A stretch of DNA of 64,000 bases from Candidatus Bathyarchaeia archaeon (lineage in GTDB: Archaea > Thermoproteota > Bathyarchaeia > Bathyarchaeales > Bathycorpusculaceae), in contig JBEKSS010000007.1 of assembly GCA_049516875.1 (NCBI GenBank), forward strand, positions 96,001 through 160,000, written 5' to 3'. Numbering within the stretch: the stretch's first letter is position 1; each line of letters starts with the position of its first letter. The notes below the pieces were generated by a model. The model made no database searches. It had not been told where the DNA came from and was given only the letters and a program-made list of their open reading frames with translations. The position numbers and the translations under genes were made by a program. Below, piece after piece: positions 59,841-64,000 of the stretch.

Positions 59841-61022
59841 TCACTTGTCAAAGCAGTATTGGACTTTCTGAAACTCGGCAGCTAGTCTCGCTACATCCTT
59901 CTTGATGGCCTCTGGGTTCTCTCCGTCCATGACTGTTCTCTTGATGAGTCCGGCTATTTTCAACATTTCTGTCTCTTTCATTCCGCGTCTGGTGACCTCG
60001 CAAGTGCCAAATCTGATTACGCAGTCTGCGATTATGTTTGCGCGTTGAAGCTTTTCTGCAACGGCTCTGCCTTTTTCATAGTCTCCGTAGTCCACGATGG
60101 CCTGGTGTGACTGCGTGAACCCTAAGTGTTGGCAAACAACTGGGAAGCCGTAGTCATACAGTGCTTTGGCCAAGGATTTTGAGTTGCGAACAATCTGTGT
60201 TGCGTACGCTTTGCCGAAATTCTTCATTTCGACCAAAGCTAACGTCAGAGCTGCGATGCGGTTCCAATGGGCGTTGTCTACGAAAGCAGGATAAATCTTC
60301 TCTTTCAAAAGTTCTCCAAGGTCTCTGTTTGCCAGCAGTATGCCTCCTTGGGGGCCGAAAAAGCTTTTGTGCGTTGAGCCGAACAGGGCTTGTGCGCCTT
60401 CCCGCAGTGGATCCTGGAACTGTTCGCCAGCAATGAGTCCCAAAACGTGCGAGCCGTCAAATCCCACGATTGCACCGGTTTCGCGGGCAACTTTCGCTAA
60501 GTCCTTTACAGGATGTGGAAAGTTGATTAGGCTTGCCCCGAAAATCACAACTTTAGGCTTGATGTTGCTAATTGTTTCTTTTGCTTCTGGAACTTTTATG
60601 TTCATATCATTCTTTGAGAATGGAAAAGGAACAGCCTTAAGCTTAAGAAGTTCGGCCAAACCGGGCTTCCACATGCCTGGGTATCCGCCATGTTCGGGAG
60701 AAACGCAAAGGAGTTTGTCGCCTGGCTCTGTTAAATTGGCCAGTACGATAAGATCGGCAATGTGTCCTGAAAGGGGACGTAAGTCCGCGGTTTGAGCTTT
60801 GAAAAGTTCTCTTGCGACTTTTTCGCCGTATTGTTCGATCTCGTCGGTGAACTGTGTGCCCATGTAGAAGTGGTCTCTTGCAGTGTAGCGATGCGCGAGC
60901 TCTGAGCTTAGCAAGCTTCTGACTGATGGGCTCATGACGTTTTCAGAGGGGATGAGATTCAAACATTGCTTTCCGCGCCATTCTTCGTGCTTTCTAACTA
61001 GACTTATGATTTCATCAATCAT
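59841..61022 (-). CDS. glyA: Serine hydroxymethyltransferase (archaeal type)
   Basis: NLIPSEN, D.SHVLGLIAG, STHKSFFGPQGG, RFGT.EVTR.GM. Confidence 0.95.
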   Translation of the reverse strand: MIDEIISLVRKHEEWRGKQCLNLIPSENVMSPSVRSLLSSELAHRYTARDHFYMGTQFTDEIEQYGEKVARELFKAQTADLRPLSGHIADLIVLANLTEPGDKLLCVSPEHGGYPGMWKPGLAELLKLKAVPFPFSKNDMNIKVPEAKETISNIKPKVVIFGASLINFPHPVKDLAKVARETGAIVGFDGSHVLGLIAGEQFQDPLREGAQALFGSTHKSFFGPQGGILLANRDLGELLKEKIYPAFVDNAHWNRIAALTLALVEMKNFGKAYATQIVRNSKSLAKALYDYGFPVVCQHLGFTQSHQAIVDYGDYEKGRAVAEKLQRANIIADCVIRFGTCEVTRRGMKETEMLKIAGLIKRTVMDGENPEAIKKDVARLAAEFQKVQYCFDK

Positions 61023-61195
61023 ATCGAACCACGTTAGAGGTTAGGAGTACTATTTGTTTGTGCACTTAAGTTGTTTTTCCTTGTCAAATCAAGATTCTCT
61101 AACTTGCCGTTCATATTCTGGGATAAGACGAGCATATCCTTCGACTTATGCGTGTGTTAGGCAAATTGGTAATATAATAAAAGGTAAAGTTTAAA

Positions 61196-63325
61196 ATGCA
61201 CCCAGTGTTAGAAATGTTCACAATCTTGGATGTGAAGTTCGAGGGAAGACGCTTGGCGAAAATTCAGCTTAGAACTAAACAGTTGGTATGTTTGTTTTTG
61301 ATGTTAACTTCGATGGTGTTGAGTTTTTCATTCTTGCCTAGAGCTAAGGCTGGAATGGTGTTGTTCGCGGTAACTCCGGATACAGGAAATGTTGGTACGA
61401 ACGTTACGTTGACGGCAAACCTCACAACAACAAATGGAAGATACAACATAACGTTTGACAACGTTGTTGAAGCCTTTGGAAACGCTACTGGAAACGATGT
61501 GACCGTCTCTTTTCTTGTTCCGGAGACCACTGTTGGTAGCCACGATGTGGCGGTAGTTGATGTGAATACGGGTGAGAATGCAACAGGGTATTTCGTTGTT
61601 TTATCGTCGTACTCCCTGAATGTCAGTGTGCCTGCACCGCCAGCGCAGCTGCAGGAAAATGACTCGGTGCCGATTTCCGTGAATGTAACTGGCGGGATAT
61701 ATAACAGCACGGTCGATGCTGAGATTACGGTCCAAACTCCGAATGGTACATCATACGTTCAAGACTTGGGCATTTCAACGTCAACCGTTGGAAGCGGCAA
61801 TGCAACCTTAGTTTATCCAGGGAATTTTTCGGGGGGCGCCAACACAGACTACGTTGGTGACTACGAGGTTTCTTTCGACTTATCAAATGCCACGATGCCT
61901 TTCTTCGTGGGTTTGACGAATTCGACAGAGTATCATAGGATGGAGACAATTAACGTGAAGGCTGTCTATGCGCAGAACGAAACTGTTACGCTTACCGTGT
62001 CCGGCTTGGGCATATCTCCTGTGAATGTGACGGCTGACTCTGCGGGTTTAATCAATTATTCAAGCTGGACAGTGCCGAATACTGCTTCGATAGGCAACTA
62101 CACGGTCAATATCGTTTCAGCATCGGGTCACACGGTGAAGACTCCGCAGGATACCCAGAACTTCACAGTTCCAGGTTTCGCTTTCAATGTGACCGCAAGG
62201 AACTTGGCTGGAGATTTGGTTCCGAACGTCGACGTTCGAGCCTTTGAGCATGAGGTGTCTGTCATCAACCGAACAACGAATTCGAATGGTCTCGCAGTGT
62301 TAACACTTGAGCTTGGAAACTTCACTTTGCAAGGGTATTTCCAGGGTGTGAAGGTTGGCGAACGTGAGGTTGAGGTCACCTACAATGAAACCTCGAACTT
62401 TCTTGATTTTATGGTCAATCTTACGAATTTGAACATTAGAGTTGTTTCTGTCGTGAATGGAGCTGAGATAGGCATCCCCGAAGTTGGGGTATACCTGACG
62501 CCGGGAGGTGTGGGGTTGAAGACGGACATCACTGGAAGCGTGATGGCTCATTCGCTGTTGCCCAATGCTACCTATGTTTTGAACGCGTCGCGATATAACA
62601 TACCGTTCCCCAACGTGACAACGATTGCAAGTCTACTGGGGGTCGATGGAAACCCAGTGAATGTGTCCTATGTAAACATTACATGTCCCTCATTCACCTT
62701 GAAAGTTAATGCCTTCAAGGCAGATGGGCAGCCTTTCAGCAATGCTGTCGTGGAAGCTAAAGAGTTGTTGGGTGGGATTCATTATCACGGAAACACGGAT
62801 TCGAACGGAACCGTCGCTTTCAGCGCTATTTTCGGTAAATATAATGTGGAAATTCATGATAGTGCGGGAAAGCAGCTTAACAGCACGGCCACAGACCTAT
62901 TTCAAGATCAGAACGTGACTGTGTACTGTAATCTCTTCGACTTGAGCATTTCGGTTACTGTAACTGACTACTTTGGGCAACCCTTTCCAAACATAAACAT
63001 AACGTTGCAGGGAAATGGTTCTGAACCGATTTCGAGTCGGACACAAGCCAATGGCATGGCCACGTTTGAAAACCTGATAGGTGATAGTTTCAGTATATCT
63101 GTTTACTTGTCGGAGCAGGGTCCGCCGACTGTGGTTGACAGTCTTCTTGTTGATGGTTCAACGGCAGTTCCAATCAGAATAAACAAGTACGTGTTGTTAG
63201 CGGGGTTCGTGGTTGAAACAAGTCAACTGGCGATTGCGGTCATCATTGTGCTGAGTCTAGTTCTGGTTCTTTCGTTGGAAGTCTACAGGAAAAGACGAAA
63301 TAAGTCAAAGAAAATCGACAGTTGA
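61196..63325 (+). CDS. Cell-surface glycoprotein with repeated beta-sandwich (carboxypeptidase-regulatory-like) domains; true start may be TTG 61253
   Basis: Signal peptide ending AKA, about 30 N-x-S/T sequons, G.P..N..V...T...G repeats, C-terminal TM plus RKRRNK. Confidence 0.85.
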   Translation: MHPVLEMFTILDVKFEGRRLAKIQLRTKQLVCLFLMLTSMVLSFSFLPRAKAGMVLFAVTPDTGNVGTNVTLTANLTTTNGRYNITFDNVVEAFGNATGNDVTVSFLVPETTVGSHDVAVVDVNTGENATGYFVVLSSYSLNVSVPAPPAQLQENDSVPISVNVTGGIYNSTVDAEITVQTPNGTSYVQDLGISTSTVGSGNATLVYPGNFSGGANTDYVGDYEVSFDLSNATMPFFVGLTNSTEYHRMETINVKAVYAQNETVTLTVSGLGISPVNVTADSAGLINYSSWTVPNTASIGNYTVNIVSASGHTVKTPQDTQNFTVPGFAFNVTARNLAGDLVPNVDVRAFEHEVSVINRTTNSNGLAVLTLELGNFTLQGYFQGVKVGEREVEVTYNETSNFLDFMVNLTNLNIRVVSVVNGAEIGIPEVGVYLTPGGVGLKTDITGSVMAHSLLPNATYVLNASRYNIPFPNVTTIASLLGVDGNPVNVSYVNITCPSFTLKVNAFKADGQPFSNAVVEAKELLGGIHYHGNTDSNGTVAFSAIFGKYNVEIHDSAGKQLNSTATDLFQDQNVTVYCNLFDLSISVTVTDYFGQPFPNINITLQGNGSEPISSRTQANGMATFENLIGDSFSISVYLSEQGPPTVVDSLLVDGSTAVPIRINKYVLLAGFVVETSQLAIAVIIVLSLVLVLSLEVYRKRRNKSKKIDS

Positions 63326-63435
63326 AGCTAGGATAAGGAGTTTTGAAGAAAAAAGTTTATATGAAGTCTAGCGGAAGATATTGTTTGAGAGACTTAGCTA
63401 GCGATGTAGTTTTGTGAGAGAAATGATCAAAGGTC

Positions 63436-63732
63436 GTGCATGTGTTGGCAGAGGTTAAAGGTTGTTCTCCAACATGTCAATCCTTCAGGTGTGCGAAAGA
63501 CGCAGCTGTCAACCGCAGGGATGCTGTGTGGTGCGGATGGACGGAAGAGACGTGTGATATCGCGGACTGCACATACGCTATGTGCATGAAAAGGCGGCTT
63601 TTGCCGAAGGGAGTTTGCGGAGAAACCATAAAAAGGAAGACTGTTGAGAAACAACCGGATGAAGTCATAGGTCCGACTGTAAAGCTTCGCGGCAGGGCGC
63701 TTCGCAAGATTGGAGAAAAGGAGATATTCTAA
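63436..63732 (+). CDS. Cys-rich conserved hypothetical protein
   Basis: C...C..F.C...C.W....C....C.YA.C...LLP.G.C. Confidence 0.7.
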   Translation: MHVLAEVKGCSPTCQSFRCAKDAAVNRRDAVWCGWTEETCDIADCTYAMCMKRRLLPKGVCGETIKRKTVEKQPDEVIGPTVKLRGRALRKIGEKEIF

Positions 63733-63804
63733 AGCGATCACTGGAGATTTCAAGTGCGACAGGACTAGGGGTCAGAAAGAAAGGCTTCCCCTATTTTTCC
63801 CCTT

Positions 63805-63972
63805 TTACTTGGCGGAGATACGTTTAACAACGGGCGGCTTCACTTTTCGCAGAATTCTGTAACCGCAAACTATGCATTTCGTTTCCCCACCGCGCATCTC
63901 CAGTTCTTCAGAAGGAACCTTTGATCCGCATCTCACACACTCGTAAACTATGCCCGTTGGTGTTCTTTCCAT
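63805..63972 (-). CDS. rpo12: RNA polymerase subunit Rpo12 (RpoP), 55 aa, not in ORF track
   Basis: YECVRCG...KCIVCGYRILRKVKPPVVKRISAK. Confidence 0.93.
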   Translation of the reverse strand: MERTPTGIVYECVRCGSKVPSEELEMRGGETKCIVCGYRILRKVKPPVVKRISAK

Positions 63973-64000
63973 GCTATTTTCCTCTTCGTAACAAGGAAAC

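Noticed and set aside
1-64000. Intact integrase, transposase, rRNA, cdc6 or ORB elements; many antisense ORFs in the track
   Set aside because: None recognised; the antisense ORFs are shadows of well-supported genes.

Overview
This is an archaeal chromosomal window. Gene content and style (L13e, split GINS, tRNA introns, lineage-typical hypotheticals) point to Bathyarchaeia/TACK; that assignment is inferred. Layout: (1) 1-12.8 kb is a surface-glycosylation island with GT2/GT4 genes, methyltransferases, a giant GT-C-like protein and tRNA 3'-end scars. (2) 13-31 kb is housekeeping: S2P protease, geranylgeranyl reductase, L15e-L13e-Rpp30-Pop5, a C/D guide sRNA, three tRNAs (two with BHB introns), a pilin-like adhesin, Dph6+GATase, an AAA-vWA chelatase and HypA/HypB. 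(3) 32-56 kb is the replication/translation supercluster (PCNA, PriL, PriS, GINS, L44e, S27e, aIF2a, Nop10, PAC2, MCM, RFC), split between priL and priS by an 8-kb glycosylation/archaeosortase cassette whose right end is a decayed inverted copy of the left end. (4) 56-64 kb holds a translin-EndoV-YhaM-like HD-Trbp111 operon, Taw1, SHMT, a surface glycoprotein and RpoP. The best candidate new systems are the four-gene nuclease operon, the possibly invertible glycosylation cassette, the strand-skewed palindrome locus before PCNA, and a glutamine-fed Dph6. All calls are by-eye motif recognition; no searches were run.
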